From Mariniblastus sp. (GTDB lineage: Bacteria; Planctomycetota; Planctomycetia; Pirellulales; Pirellulaceae): 64,000 nt of DNA. How positions within the stretch are numbered: the first letter of the stretch is position 1; the number at the start of each line of letters is the position of its first letter. The notes under the pieces were generated by a model that worked only from the letters and a program-made list of their open reading frames with translations, was not told the origin of the DNA and made no database searches. Made by a program: the position numbers and the translations under genes. Shown here piece by piece: positions 1 through 10,148 of the stretch. Where the stretch lies: contig OZ253677.1 in the NCBI GenBank assembly GCA_965263475.1, positions 4,633,812 through 4,697,811 on the forward strand, written 5' to 3'.

Positions 1-13
1 ATCGAATTTCAAA

Positions 14-54
14 TCAAAAAACAAGGCAGGCTTGTTGTTGCTAGCCTGCCTTGT
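14..54 (-). terminator. Rho-independent terminator downstream of the 90..1649 gene
   Basis: Perfect 12-bp stem (21-32 pairs with 43-54) and a 10-nt loop. On the minus strand it is followed by a T6 run (complement of A16-A21). It lies 35 nt past the stop codon. Confidence 0.75.
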
Positions 55-89
55 TAATAAATATTTGGACCAGTTCGTAACTATGCGAA

Positions 90-1649
90 TTAGTTTCCTG
101 TAAGCAAGTTGACGAACGGTTCAACATCCAACAAGTCAACGACTCCGTCTTCGTTGATATCCGCTTTCAAAGAGAACGTGTTTGTCGTGATTAGCTCAAC
201 AAATGGCGCGACATCCAACAGGTCAACGACTCCGTCACAGTTTACATCGCCCACAACTGGGAATTTGAAAGGTGTTGAGAAATCAACGTAGGCGAAATAA
301 AAATCGACGTCGCGCAGCGATAGCAAGTCACCAAATATGTTCTCGGAATTTGGATCGTCATTTGCTACGACTTCGCGTGCTTGAACCAAGAAAGTATTCG
401 ACATCGGTTCGAATTCATACGAGAGAAATTTTCGATCGGCTAGTGATAAACTGCCCGGCAAGGCGCCTGCAACCGATAGAATCAACATGCCCTCATTTTC
501 AGTCGCAAATGATCCATCCTTGTTGATTTGGATAGCGTATTCGCCTTGACGTTGTCGTGTCACGGAAAACTCCGTTTGTCCTGCTGAACCAATCAATGAC
601 CCGTCATCGCCGTTGACGCGTCCACCAATCAACCCAGACGACTCGTAGGGCACGTACAAAAACTGAAAGCTGTTGTCTAATTGATTGAAGGTCATGCCCG
701 AAAAATCAGCGTCATTGTCTTCACGAATCGTGACTTGCCAACCATCTTCAGTCGGAAACGCCGCAGCGATGTTAGAGGCATTGCCGCCACCCGTTGCCGC
801 GACAAACAGCATTCCATCGGAAGTCGCGTCAACGCCCGGCAGCGACACTGTCGCCAATCCATTGTCCCAAGTAACTGCTGATTCATCCACGTTTCCGCTG
901 CTACTGAAGCTGGCTTGAGCGGATGCAAAAAATGGATCAACGTAGGCGCCTTGCCATCCCTCTGAATATGGAAACAGAGCGACTGCCGTATTAAAGACAG
1001 CTTCACCCAAGTCGCTATCAAAACCGGCGACTCCCATTTGAAGGTCGGCGGAGTTTTCACCGCCATTGGCAAAGACACCATCGTTCGAACGGTACCCCCA
1101 GCCTTGCCCGAAATCCGCGTTGAAATAAGCAACACCGTGGGTGGTACCTACTGGCAATCCATTGAACAAATCCCCGTTGTCGACGCCATTGTGTCGAACG
1201 GTCGCCAGCAAGGCTCCGTGATCGCGGTTGACCCGCCATGCTAAAGTCGTGTTCGCAAACGGCTGACCATTTTCAAGCGGGCTGTAGTTGTCCACAAAGG
1301 CGTTGGGAGGAAAATATGAGGGATCGTTTGGATCAAATGGCCCGACAAGCAATGCGATATCCCCTTCATTGTGCCGAGACTCAGTCCAGGCCACCGGGCC
1401 TGAAGCAGGAAAACTAACCAACATGTTATTGGAGCCTGCACCGCCGATGGTGCTTCCGGGTATTGGGGCGGCATTGACATTTGCAGCCGTAATAGATTCA
1501 GGAAAAACCCCCGGCATGGAGCCGGCGGGAGCCATGTTGTTGGGGTCGGAAATTTTAGGTGGTTGCCCGAGCAAGTGGCCCGTTCCCACCAGCGTTATCA
1601 AACAACTCAAAGTAATCGACTGAATGTAAGTAATGCTTTGTTTGCCCAT
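90..1649 (-). CDS. Secreted protein of unknown function with a C-terminal dockerin-like duplicated module
   Basis: ATG start and a hydrophobic N-terminal signal-like segment. The last 53 aa are GDVNCDGVVDLLDVAPFVELI...ADINEDGVVDLLDVEPFVNLLTGN (93-251), two DxNxDGxVxxLD Ca-loop-like repeats. I do not recognise the body. Confidence 0.7.
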   Translation of the reverse strand: MGKQSITYIQSITLSCLITLVGTGHLLGQPPKISDPNNMAPAGSMPGVFPESITAANVNAAPIPGSTIGGAGSNNMLVSFPASGPVAWTESRHNEGDIALLVGPFDPNDPSYFPPNAFVDNYSPLENGQPFANTTLAWRVNRDHGALLATVRHNGVDNGDLFNGLPVGTTHGVAYFNADFGQGWGYRSNDGVFANGGENSADLQMGVAGFDSDLGEAVFNTAVALFPYSEGWQGAYVDPFFASAQASFSSSGNVDESAVTWDNGLATVSLPGVDATSDGMLFVAATGGGNASNIAAAFPTEDGWQVTIREDNDADFSGMTFNQLDNSFQFLYVPYESSGLIGGRVNGDDGSLIGSAGQTEFSVTRQRQGEYAIQINKDGSFATENEGMLILSVAGALPGSLSLADRKFLSYEFEPMSNTFLVQAREVVANDDPNSENIFGDLLSLRDVDFYFAYVDFSTPFKFPVVGDVNCDGVVDLLDVAPFVELITTNTFSLKADINEDGVVDLLDVEPFVNLLTGN

Positions 1650-1921
1650 CGTATTTTATACCCGTGGAGTTAATAAAGATGCTCAATTGAACGGTTATGT
1701 TGATGGCAAAATAATGCGAATTCATGAAGCTGATGCGAAAAGTCGGAAAAGTCGTAAAGGTATTGATTAGCGGCGAATTTTAAATCGTATTCGCGAGTTT
1801 TTTGACGAACGGATAAGCTGAACTCACGGCAAATATGAAGTTTTTGAATTTTCTGTAAGCAATTCTCAACACTTTCGTCACGAATGCTAACTGGAAATTC
1901 GTTTTTTGAGGATCGAGCTAA

Positions 1922-3016
1922 ATGACAGTTGCGACTAAGAAATTGCTTGAAGGATTTGACTTGCATGGACTTGAGTTAAAAAACCGAGTGGTGCTTGCCC
2001 CGATGACGCGAGCTCGTGCCGGTGTGGAGAGAATTCCAAACGCGCTAATGGCAGAGTACTACCAACAACGTGCTTCGGCAGGGTTAATAATTACCGAGGC
2101 AACCACGATCTCGCCGCAGGCAAACGGCTGGAATCAGTCTCCGGGCATCTACACCGACGACATGGAGGCCGGTTGGAAAGCGGTAAACGAGGAGGTGCAT
2201 CAATCGGGTGGTCGAATTTTTCTGCAACTCTGGCATTGTGGGCGTGCGTCACATCCTAGTTTTCATGACGGGGCGCAACATGTTGCGCCTTCAGCGATTG
2301 CGATTCGTGGCGATGATATTCATACGCCTGACGGTAAAAAGCCGCACCAGACGCCTCGGGCGCTAGAAACTGCAGAATTGCCCGGCATTGTTGAGAATTA
2401 CCGACTTGCTGCGCGCCGCGCCAAGAACGCCGGTTTCGACGGCGTAGAAATTCATAGCGCCAACGGTTATTTGTTGGATACGTTTTTGCAGTCCAAAACC
2501 AATCATCGTGAAGACGAATACGGCGGCAGCATCGAGAATCGTTATCGGATGCTTCACGAGGTCGTCAGCGCAGTTGCAACGGTGTTTCCAAGCAACCGAA
2601 TCGGGGTCAGGCTGTCTCCCAATGGTGCGTTCAATGATATGGGCTCACCCGACTATCGAGAGCAATTTATCTTCGTTGCTCGTCAGCTCAATCCGTTCGG
2701 GTTGGCTTACTTGCACGTGATGGATGGCTTGGCCTTTGGCTTTCACGAATTGGGCGAACCGATGACATTGTCAGAGTTTAGGGAGGTCTTTGACGGGCCG
2801 TTAATGGGGAATTGTGGTTACACGAAAGAGACCGCCGAAACGGCGATCACTGCCGGGCATGCCGACTTGATTTCATTTGGTCGCCCATTTATTAGCAACC
2901 CAGATTTGGTGTATCGTTTTGCCGAAGATATTGAGCTCAACCCCGACGCTGAAGTGGCCGACTGGTACTCGCCAGCTGGTGCGGCTGGTTACACCGATTT
3001 CCCAGCGGCGCGATAA
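1922..3016 (+). CDS. NADH:flavin oxidoreductase, Old Yellow Enzyme family (N-ethylmaleimide/alkene reductase-like)
   Basis: ATG start. Shows the OYE hallmarks LAPMTRARA, QLWHCGR, GFDGVEIHSANGYLLDTFL, EYGGSxENR and SFGRPFISNPDL. Confidence 0.9.
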   Translation: MTVATKKLLEGFDLHGLELKNRVVLAPMTRARAGVERIPNALMAEYYQQRASAGLIITEATTISPQANGWNQSPGIYTDDMEAGWKAVNEEVHQSGGRIFLQLWHCGRASHPSFHDGAQHVAPSAIAIRGDDIHTPDGKKPHQTPRALETAELPGIVENYRLAARRAKNAGFDGVEIHSANGYLLDTFLQSKTNHREDEYGGSIENRYRMLHEVVSAVATVFPSNRIGVRLSPNGAFNDMGSPDYREQFIFVARQLNPFGLAYLHVMDGLAFGFHELGEPMTLSEFREVFDGPLMGNCGYTKETAETAITAGHADLISFGRPFISNPDLVYRFAEDIELNPDAEVADWYSPAGAAGYTDFPAAR

Positions 3017-3035
3017 TATCTACCGCGCAATAAAT

Positions 3036-3058
3036 AAGCCGGCGTAAAACACCGGCTT
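3036..3058. terminator. Short hairpin between convergent genes (possible bidirectional terminator)
   Basis: aagccgg (3036-3042) pairs with ccggctt (3052-3058). It is flanked by T/A-rich sequence and lies between the stops at 3016 (+) and 3090 (-). Confidence 0.4.
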
Positions 3059-3089
3059 TGAAAATCAAATGTGAAGAAGCTTTATCGCT

Positions 3090-3677
3090 TTATCGTTTGC
3101 GTCGCAAAAACGCGGCCATGGCAACTGCGCAGAGACCGAATGCGGATGGCTCCGGAATAGCGCTCAAGTTGTACGTCAAAACATAATTTTGACCAGGAGT
3201 TCCTTCGCGGAGGGAGATCACGTAGGATCCTGGACCGAGAGAACCACCGAAGTCTGGGTCGTCAAGAACGTTTGTTCCGATGAGACCTGCCGATAAAGTG
3301 TTACTGCCAAGGAAATTGGGTGCGCCGAAATCGCCATCCCAACTTGAACCTGTTGCAATGTTAAAACCGCTGGTCGTGTTGCCCCCGGCGGTTACATAGT
3401 CGGTAAGAATCACTGAATCGAGGACTTGACCCGGTCCAACGGTAATGGTCAAGGCATCGGAAAAGTCAGCGGGAGGAGGATCGCCAAGTCCGCCGCCACC
3501 GATGGTGCCCGTTACCAAGTTGGCGCCCAAATCCAAGCTAAACAAAGTTGGCATGGATTCGTCATTAGATAAATCGCCGTCGATCATTTCGTCGTAATCG
3601 TTGGCTACAGAAGTCGTTGCGAGCAACAAAGCAACGGCCAATGACAGACCGCCAGTTACCCAGTTCTTTCTACGCAT
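3090..3677 (-). CDS. PEP-CTERM sorting-domain secreted protein
   Basis: Start re-set to ATG 3677 (MRRKNWVTGGLSLAVALLLATTSVA signal peptide). The C-terminus is ...NLSAIPEPSAFGLCAVAMAAFLRRKR, i.e. PEP motif, TM helix and basic tail. Confidence 0.75.
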   Translation of the reverse strand: MRRKNWVTGGLSLAVALLLATTSVANDYDEMIDGDLSNDESMPTLFSLDLGANLVTGTIGGGGLGDPPPADFSDALTITVGPGQVLDSVILTDYVTAGGNTTSGFNIATGSSWDGDFGAPNFLGSNTLSAGLIGTNVLDDPDFGGSLGPGSYVISLREGTPGQNYVLTYNLSAIPEPSAFGLCAVAMAAFLRRKR

Positions 3678-4236
3678 TTCTGGTCTCCCGGAATGAAGTT
3701 CAATAGTTGATGGAGGGGCGAAGCCCCAAAAATTCCCAATTTGCGGAATATGCAACCTTTAAGGATGATTCGGTTTATAGCGGATGTCAATTTGTTAAGT
3801 GTCAAACGTTGGGAAATGTCCAAAATTTCCTTGCTACGGCAGTCCCTGGCCACACACAGACCCCATCGAGGTTCAGAAAAGCAAATTGGCTTAGAACCGG
3901 TTTCAGTTGGTCCGAGGAATGCATTCACACTCGGCGGCTCAAAATGGATGGAATCGGGTTGCGTGGCTTTCATTGGTGTGTCGCGAAATGGTCGACCAAA
4001 GACTCAGGACTTTACCTGAACTCGTTTTGGTCGCTTGATCCTTTACTTCGCCGGCCAGAAGGCCATTGGATGCGCTGGGACAAACCGGGCTTTAATTCAG
4101 GTCGCCTGGATAGTGCAGCAACTATCGCTATTCTTACGAACGATACTGCCGGAACGAGCATCGGCAGGTAAATGTTTTTATCACGCGCACTCAACAGAGA
4201 TTTGTGAAATCGGCGTGCGATGGTTTGTGACCAAAT

Positions 4237-4268
4237 GCGAATCCCTGCCAACCGCGCAGGGAATTCGC
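4237..4268 (-). terminator. Hairpin terminator candidate downstream of the 4315..5166 gene
   Basis: gcgaat/ccctgc (4237-4248) pairs with gcaggg/attcgc (4256-4268) with one bulged base and a 7-nt loop. It sits ~47 nt after the stop. The minus-strand tail is only weakly U-rich (auuugg). Confidence 0.45.
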
Positions 4269-4314
4269 AATTAACTACTTTTCAAGTTATAGATCATGGC
4301 TTGCAGCCGTTGTG

Positions 4315-5166
4315 CTAGTTGGTAAGAAGTGCGACAAACGGTTTGACGTCCAACAGGTCCACAACACCATCTTGATTTATGTCCGCTTCACATTGGAATG
4401 GTCCCGTGATTGCGGCAACAAACGGAGCAACATCTAAAAGTGAAACCTCTCCGTCTCCATTGGTATCGCCAAGAATGCAATCTTCCTTGTCGCCGAGAGA
4501 AATATTGTCGTAGAAAATTCCCGAGGGTTCATTTGCAGTAGCTTGGCTGTAGAATCCATACTGAAACAATCGGCCTTCGTAGAATGGAATGATTTCCACT
4601 TCAATGGAGCCGCTCTGAAAGTCTGTTGTCGCCATTGTGGTTTCGAACAAAAACTCGTCGACCAGTGCGAACATGTTGTCCGGGTCGATCACGCGAATAA
4701 ATGCGAAGGTCTCTGTTTGGCCTGACGGACCATTGGGAGCATCAGCAGCTCGGAAATCGAATTCGAAGCAAACGTTGCGGCCGACGTCGTTGGCATCGGG
4801 AGTCACTTCGCGAAAAACGTTGGCTTGTATGAACTTGCCATTGTTGTGGTCCCCGTTCTGATAGTCGCTAAAGATGTTTAGTGAATTCAACCCAGCACCC
4901 ACATCAATTGCGATTCCGGAAAAAGCATCAGGAGTGCTGTCGTTGGTTGAATTGGGAGCTGGGTCCGGCCCGTAGCCATAGCAAAAATTCAATCCGGAAT
5001 CGAACACATTGCCGAAAGTAACAAAGCCGAGTTCGGAAATAGCCGTCGCGGAAGTAGGATCGACACTCTCGAAATCTTCGGAAAAGTCCGAGATTTGAGC
5101 ATGGATGGGTAGCGCGAAAACGGCGGCCGATACCAATAAGAAGAATTTTTTGAGCGTAAGATGCAT
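4315..5166 (-). CDS. Secreted protein of unknown function with a C-terminal dockerin-like module
   Basis: ATG start and signal peptide MHLTLKKFFLLVSAAVFALPIHAQ. The C-terminus is GDTNGDGEVSLLDVAPFVAAI...ADINQDGVVDLLDVKPFVALLTN (4318-4470). Confidence 0.7.
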   Translation of the reverse strand: MHLTLKKFFLLVSAAVFALPIHAQISDFSEDFESVDPTSATAISELGFVTFGNVFDSGLNFCYGYGPDPAPNSTNDSTPDAFSGIAIDVGAGLNSLNIFSDYQNGDHNNGKFIQANVFREVTPDANDVGRNVCFEFDFRAADAPNGPSGQTETFAFIRVIDPDNMFALVDEFLFETTMATTDFQSGSIEVEIIPFYEGRLFQYGFYSQATANEPSGIFYDNISLGDKEDCILGDTNGDGEVSLLDVAPFVAAITGPFQCEADINQDGVVDLLDVKPFVALLTN

Positions 5167-5883
5167 AGATAAACTCCTAGAAATGCAATTGCAGAAAGCC
5201 GCAATGTAAACCGGCGTTCGGGCTGAATGAATAACCTTGAATCACAACTCCGCAGAAAAGGAGTTGCTGTTGTGTTACAGTCTAGACGACTACCAACTCA
5301 AGCTTGTACGCATGCCGAACAGACGGGGTGAGTAACTTTCATTGTCGCAACAAAATCGGTTTTAGGAAATGAAAAAGTTCGAAATGCCACAGAAAACAGG
5401 TCTGAACGGTATTTGCAACTTGGGATTTTGAGAATCTGCTTTCGTTGCTGCGCACCAAATGCGATACCAACGAAAACTTGGTTTGATGTTTAACAGCGAA
5501 CTTTCAGTGCGATACTTCGTGTTCCGATAAACACAGATATCGGTCATGTCCGGAGGAGTTCCGTCAGGACCGCGCGGAAATTGGTCAAGACGCGGTCGGA
5601 TTTGGCCGGCATGACTCGGTGAAAACAGTGACCGCATAAAAGTGCGCCTACCGACGTACAATAATATGACTGTTTCGATTGCGCTAAACTAATAGCTATC
5701 CTTTTCCGTTTTGGGCTTTTTGTTTGGTCGCCGATGTGGAAATGAGGATTGGCACCGTCTCAGTAATTGGTTCCTCAAGAACAACGAGAATTGGGGATTG
5801 GGAGCGGCAAATGCCTGTTCGGTATCGAGGCCAACCGTAGCGGCGCTCGATATTTAACTTCTGAGATTGGCGTCGCCAATCTG

Positions 5884-7200
5884 TCATTTCGCTAAATCCA
5901 AACAGACGATTTTTTCATCGTTTCGAACGAATATTTTTTTATCGGCGAACGCTGGCATACTCCAAATCACGGGACGGTTGAAAGCGTTGTTAGTCACACC
6001 AATGATTTTCGTGCGGTCCAATTCTTTGTAGCCGTTTGCCGACAATTCAGCAATAATCAACTCGCCGTTCTCGTTGAACAACCAAAACCGATCCCCTTGT
6101 TTGACGATAAACGCAGTACCACTGCCAACGCGTCGTTTCGAAACGGGGGCCGATGTCGCCCATAGCAATTCAGGGCCATCAAGTTTAATTGCCCGCATGT
6201 CTCCAGTCTGATCCATGCCAAACAAAACGCCTTGGTTTTCGTCGAGAAATGGTTGGACGTTAACGGGGGAGACGGCGATGTTGCCTTCGTTTTGCCAAAC
6301 GATGTCTGGTCGCGTATTGTCGGGTTTCAGTTGCAACAACATACTCTTTTTCGAGTAACCAGCCACATACAACTTGTTCTTGAAGTGAATCGGAGCCATG
6401 ATGACCGAACCACTAGTCGCTTCATAAGGAACACTCCAGTATTCGTTGCCGCTTTTGGGGTCAATCGAAGAAACCGAGCCCGGCCGAAAGCAAATCAACT
6501 GACGCTTTCCACCGAATTCAATAATGGTCGGTGGCGAGTACCCTTGCTCCGGAGCGGAAAGCGATTTCCAAACCTCTTTACCATTCTTTTTGTCGAACGC
6601 GACCACATGGCTGCCATTCCCTCCCGCCAGGGTGATCAAATGGTTGCCGTCAATCAGTGGATGGGCTGAGTAGCCCCACAATGCTGCACCCGTTTGATAT
6701 TCTTTTTTCAGTTCTTTTTCCCAAACGACTTCGCCCGAGTCCAAGGCCAGGCAGGCAAGATTCCCTTCTGCTCCTAGAGTGTAAACACGATTGCCTTCGA
6801 TGATTGGGGTACACCTGGGGCCAGATGGATACGATATGGAATAGGTGACGTCGTAGCTGTGGCTCCACAATTTCTTTCCGGTAGATTGGTCAAGACACCA
6901 GACGCGCTCCTTGCCCGTGAATTCCTGGCGCTCAAAATTAGACACCTTAACGTTGGCTTGCGATAGAAAATCGGTGACGACGACTCTACCTTGCCCGACG
7001 GCCGGACCGGCATACCCGACCGCAACGGGCGATTCCCAAATTTTCTTGGGGCCGTCCGCCGGGAAACGATCAAGAATACCCGACTCATTCCATGTGTTGT
7101 TGCGTTTAGGGCCCATCCAGTGCGACCAATCATCGCCGAATAGATTTTGTGCGAACAGTAAAATGAGTAAAGGTATGGACGGAAGTGCGAAACGCAACAT
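5884..7200 (-). CDS. PQQ-like / BamB-like beta-propeller repeat protein, secreted
   Basis: ATG start and signal peptide MLRFALPSIPLLILLFAQNLFG. Shows repeated W-containing blade motifs (LWS, VVWEKE, EVWKS, EYWSV, IVWQ, LLWAT), typical of PQQ-enzyme-repeat propellers. Confidence 0.65.
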   Translation of the reverse strand: MLRFALPSIPLLILLFAQNLFGDDWSHWMGPKRNNTWNESGILDRFPADGPKKIWESPVAVGYAGPAVGQGRVVVTDFLSQANVKVSNFERQEFTGKERVWCLDQSTGKKLWSHSYDVTYSISYPSGPRCTPIIEGNRVYTLGAEGNLACLALDSGEVVWEKELKKEYQTGAALWGYSAHPLIDGNHLITLAGGNGSHVVAFDKKNGKEVWKSLSAPEQGYSPPTIIEFGGKRQLICFRPGSVSSIDPKSGNEYWSVPYEATSGSVIMAPIHFKNKLYVAGYSKKSMLLQLKPDNTRPDIVWQNEGNIAVSPVNVQPFLDENQGVLFGMDQTGDMRAIKLDGPELLWATSAPVSKRRVGSGTAFIVKQGDRFWLFNENGELIIAELSANGYKELDRTKIIGVTNNAFNRPVIWSMPAFADKKIFVRNDEKIVCLDLAK

Positions 7201-7314
7201 AGATGATTTCCAGATTCAAGAAGAAACACGATTTCAATTAATCAAATTCTACTGGAAAACTGAAGTCACTACCAATCGTGAGCCTGAGTCGAGAGCGGCA
7301 CGAATTGTGAAGTA

Positions 7315-8682
7315 CTATCCGCCGCTCAGAACATCAATGAATGGTGAAACATCCAGCAAGTTTACGACACCATCCATGTTGATATCACCCTCCAATTGAA
7401 AATCTCCACTACCAATCAAACTTACGAAGGGACTGACGTCCAGCAAATTGACGACTTCGTCCAAATTGATGTCACCCAACAAAACGTCATTGTCCATAAC
7501 AGCGTCAGTGATTCGATAGATTCCGCCCGCTAAATTGACCAAGTATAAGTTTCCAACAGAATCTTCGGCGAATGAGGAAATACTAGACAAGTTTCCACCG
7601 ACGTCGATCGAGATATCGTCTGCCCAATCGATGAAATTTGTGATGTTGTTACCATCGAACGTTGACGGATCTTGAGTTCCATCGAACTGGAATGACCACA
7701 GCCGATTCGTAACGAAATCGATAAAAAAGTAGTGGCCTTGTATGTCTGAAATGGGGCCGCGATAAACGTAGCCGCCGGTAACGGCAAAACCTTCGGTCGG
7801 GCCGAAACCATGCGCGTAATCGTAAATCGGGTCGATCAAATCAGAGCCCGACCCGCCGTTAGCACCTTCACGTATATCCCAGCCAAAATTTTCGCCGCCG
7901 TGACTATCAGCAAACAGAATATCGATTTCTTCCCATTCATCGTCCCCGACGTCGCCGATGTATAAGTCTCCAGTTGATCGGTCGAAACTACATCGCCATG
8001 GGTTCCGCAATCCGTACGCAAATATCTCATCTTCGCCGGACATGCCAACAAACGGGTTAGAGTTCGGAATGGCGTAATTTCGATTCGCATCGGCAACAAA
8101 GTCGTCACCATCGATATCAATCCGCAGAATTTTTCCCAATAGATTGTCGGTGATGTCCTGGCCGTTGTTTGGAAAATCGCCATCGCCGACGCTGACATAC
8201 AAGAATCCGTCGGGGCCAAACCCAAGCCAACCGCCGTTGTGAAAAGGTGATGACTTTTGCGTCAATTGCAGAATAGTTGTTGGGGCCGGGTTAGCAACAT
8301 CTGGAGTTGCTCGGGTGTATTCTTCAACCAGTTTTTGGTTGTCGGGGGTCGTGGAGTAGACAAAGAATCGGCCGTTAGCGGCATAATTTGGATGGAATGC
8401 CAAACCCAACAATCCTTGTTCTCCGCCAGTAGAAATCCCGGTTACGGTGAGAAAGGGTGTCGCGTTGGTAAGGCCTGTTTGCAAGTCCAAAATTCGAATG
8501 TTGCCAGTGTGTTGTTCGGCAACAAATAAGCGGTCCGGCTCGCCAGGTGCATGAGTCGCGTAGACAGGTCGATCAAACTCGAACGACACAAGCTCGATAC
8601 TCATTGAGTTTTGAGAACGAGTCGTCGTCGCGAACAAGGCGACGTGAAGACAAAAATAGACAAAACAACTGCGAGTGAACAT
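7315..8682 (-). CDS. PQQ-dependent sugar (glucose/sorbosone) dehydrogenase-like beta-propeller with a C-terminal dockerin-like module
   Basis: ATG start and a signal peptide. Motifs include GEQGLLGLAFHPNY, GGWLGFGPDGFLYVSVGDG, IFAYGLRNPWR and GDVGDDEWEEI. The C-terminus is GDINLDEVVNLLDVSPFVSLI...GDINMDGVVNLLDVSPFIDVLSGG (7318-7476). Confidence 0.75.
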   Translation of the reverse strand: MFTRSCFVYFCLHVALFATTTRSQNSMSIELVSFEFDRPVYATHAPGEPDRLFVAEQHTGNIRILDLQTGLTNATPFLTVTGISTGGEQGLLGLAFHPNYAANGRFFVYSTTPDNQKLVEEYTRATPDVANPAPTTILQLTQKSSPFHNGGWLGFGPDGFLYVSVGDGDFPNNGQDITDNLLGKILRIDIDGDDFVADANRNYAIPNSNPFVGMSGEDEIFAYGLRNPWRCSFDRSTGDLYIGDVGDDEWEEIDILFADSHGGENFGWDIREGANGGSGSDLIDPIYDYAHGFGPTEGFAVTGGYVYRGPISDIQGHYFFIDFVTNRLWSFQFDGTQDPSTFDGNNITNFIDWADDISIDVGGNLSSISSFAEDSVGNLYLVNLAGGIYRITDAVMDNDVLLGDINLDEVVNLLDVSPFVSLIGSGDFQLEGDINMDGVVNLLDVSPFIDVLSGG

Positions 8683-9080
8683 TTGGCGCGGTTTCCAATT
8701 TAAGGGTGCTGAGGAGGGTGGTCAGTGCATCCGGGCGTTCCTAGTCGGGCCATCCAAATTCATCGGTTTTTGCCAAGAAATATCGCCTTGCCCATGCACA
8801 TCTCAAATAATATGCCGTTGTCCAGAAAGATCTGTCAAACAATTTTGGAAAAATGAAAAATTCGTTTTATCGTCGCGGCATCGGCAACGTTGTTACTAAA
8901 CCCATCCTTCAGACATTGACGGAAACGATGCCGTATGACAAATATAAAATCGACAAATCCGAATTTGTTTGAACCATTTATACGACAACGTGCTTGTCGG
9001 TTTCAGCGATGCACCAATTTCAAAGACCACACCTTTCGTAATATAATTTTGCCTCACCCCAATTCAAACGTTTTTTCACC

Positions 9081-10028
9081 GTGGCTGGACCGAGGGAGGA
9101 TTCTTTGGCTGAGTTTCAATTGCGAGCGATGCAGCGCGAGGATTGGAGCTCCGTTGCTCGGTTGATTTATTCCGGAACGAACCAGTGGTATCAAGACCAC
9201 GGGATGGGGCCAATTTTTGCCTGTGGCGAAAACGATGCATTGCTGTTTTGCGAAGTTTATGAGGCTTTGGACCCTGGTTGTTGTGTTTTGGCGATTGCCG
9301 AATCGGGCGATATTGCGGGTTCGTGTTTTTACCACCCACGCTCAACCCACGTTTCACTTGGCATCATGAATGCCAATCCCGAATATTTTGGCCAGGGCGT
9401 CGCCAAACAAATGTTGCGTTTTGTTATTGAATTTGCCCAGTCACGGGGTTTACCCTTGCGGTTAGTTTCTAGCGCTTTGAATTTGGATTCATTTTCGCTG
9501 TATTCCAAAGCCGGATTTGTGCCAATCGCGGGCTATCAAGACATGACTCTCGCCGTCCCGGCAATTGGTCTTGATCGCCAAGTCAATTCGAAATTTTGCG
9601 TACGCGAAGCGACTCTTGCTGACGTTGACGCCATGGTCGCGTTGGAATTGGAGGTTAGTGGCATCGAGCGGCGTCAAGATTATGAATACTTTATCAAGAA
9701 CGAGTTGGGCGTTTGGCATACGTCGGTGCTAGAAGAATCCAACCACATCCAAGGGTTCCTCATTTCGGTTTGTCACCCGGCGAGTAACATGCTGGGTCCT
9801 GGTGTCATGAGGAATGACGAACAAGCAGTCAGCTTGATCCTTTCAGAATTGAACTTCCGACGCGGTACCCAGCCGGTGTTTCTCGTTCCAATATTATGTA
9901 GAAACCTGATACAACAAATGTATGACCTGGGCGCAAAAAACTGTGAAATCCATTTCGCGCAGTCTTTAGGTGGGTTTCGCCAACCAAATGGAATCAGTAT
10001 GCCGACTTTTATGCCGGAAACAGGTTAG
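9081..10028 (+). CDS. GNAT-family N-acetyltransferase (two-lobed, ~315 aa)
   Basis: Has an acetyl-CoA-binding-type segment, YFGQGVAKQMLRFVIEFAQSRG, and a second GNAT-like half. The 9081 start is GTG; ATG 9129 (MQREDW...) is an equally plausible start. Confidence 0.6.
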   Translation: MAGPREDSLAEFQLRAMQREDWSSVARLIYSGTNQWYQDHGMGPIFACGENDALLFCEVYEALDPGCCVLAIAESGDIAGSCFYHPRSTHVSLGIMNANPEYFGQGVAKQMLRFVIEFAQSRGLPLRLVSSALNLDSFSLYSKAGFVPIAGYQDMTLAVPAIGLDRQVNSKFCVREATLADVDAMVALELEVSGIERRQDYEYFIKNELGVWHTSVLEESNHIQGFLISVCHPASNMLGPGVMRNDEQAVSLILSELNFRRGTQPVFLVPILCRNLIQQMYDLGAKNCEIHFAQSLGGFRQPNGISMPTFMPETG

Positions 10029-10148
10029 TCAAGAACCTGTCGGCAAAGGTGCTCATGCGAGGCGAAAGGACTATTGGGCGTTACTGACCCATGTTAGGTT
10101 GAACCAGCGTATTCTTGTCATTGCTGCTTATTTGTGTTTGATAGAGAC

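Noticed and set aside
1670-1966. A 98-aa ORF (-) between the dockerin gene and the OYE gene, considered as a possible small divergent regulator.
   Set aside because: Its only start codon lies 45 nt inside the well-supported OYE coding sequence. It has no helix-turn-helix or other motif and sits in an AT-rich promoter-like region.
3707-4171. A 154-aa ORF (+), plus overlapping ORFs, in the 3678-4314 gap.
   Set aside because: The frames overlap one another. The composition is unconvincing (Trp/Arg/Cys-rich), with no motifs and no signal. The interval is kept as an unexplained gap instead.
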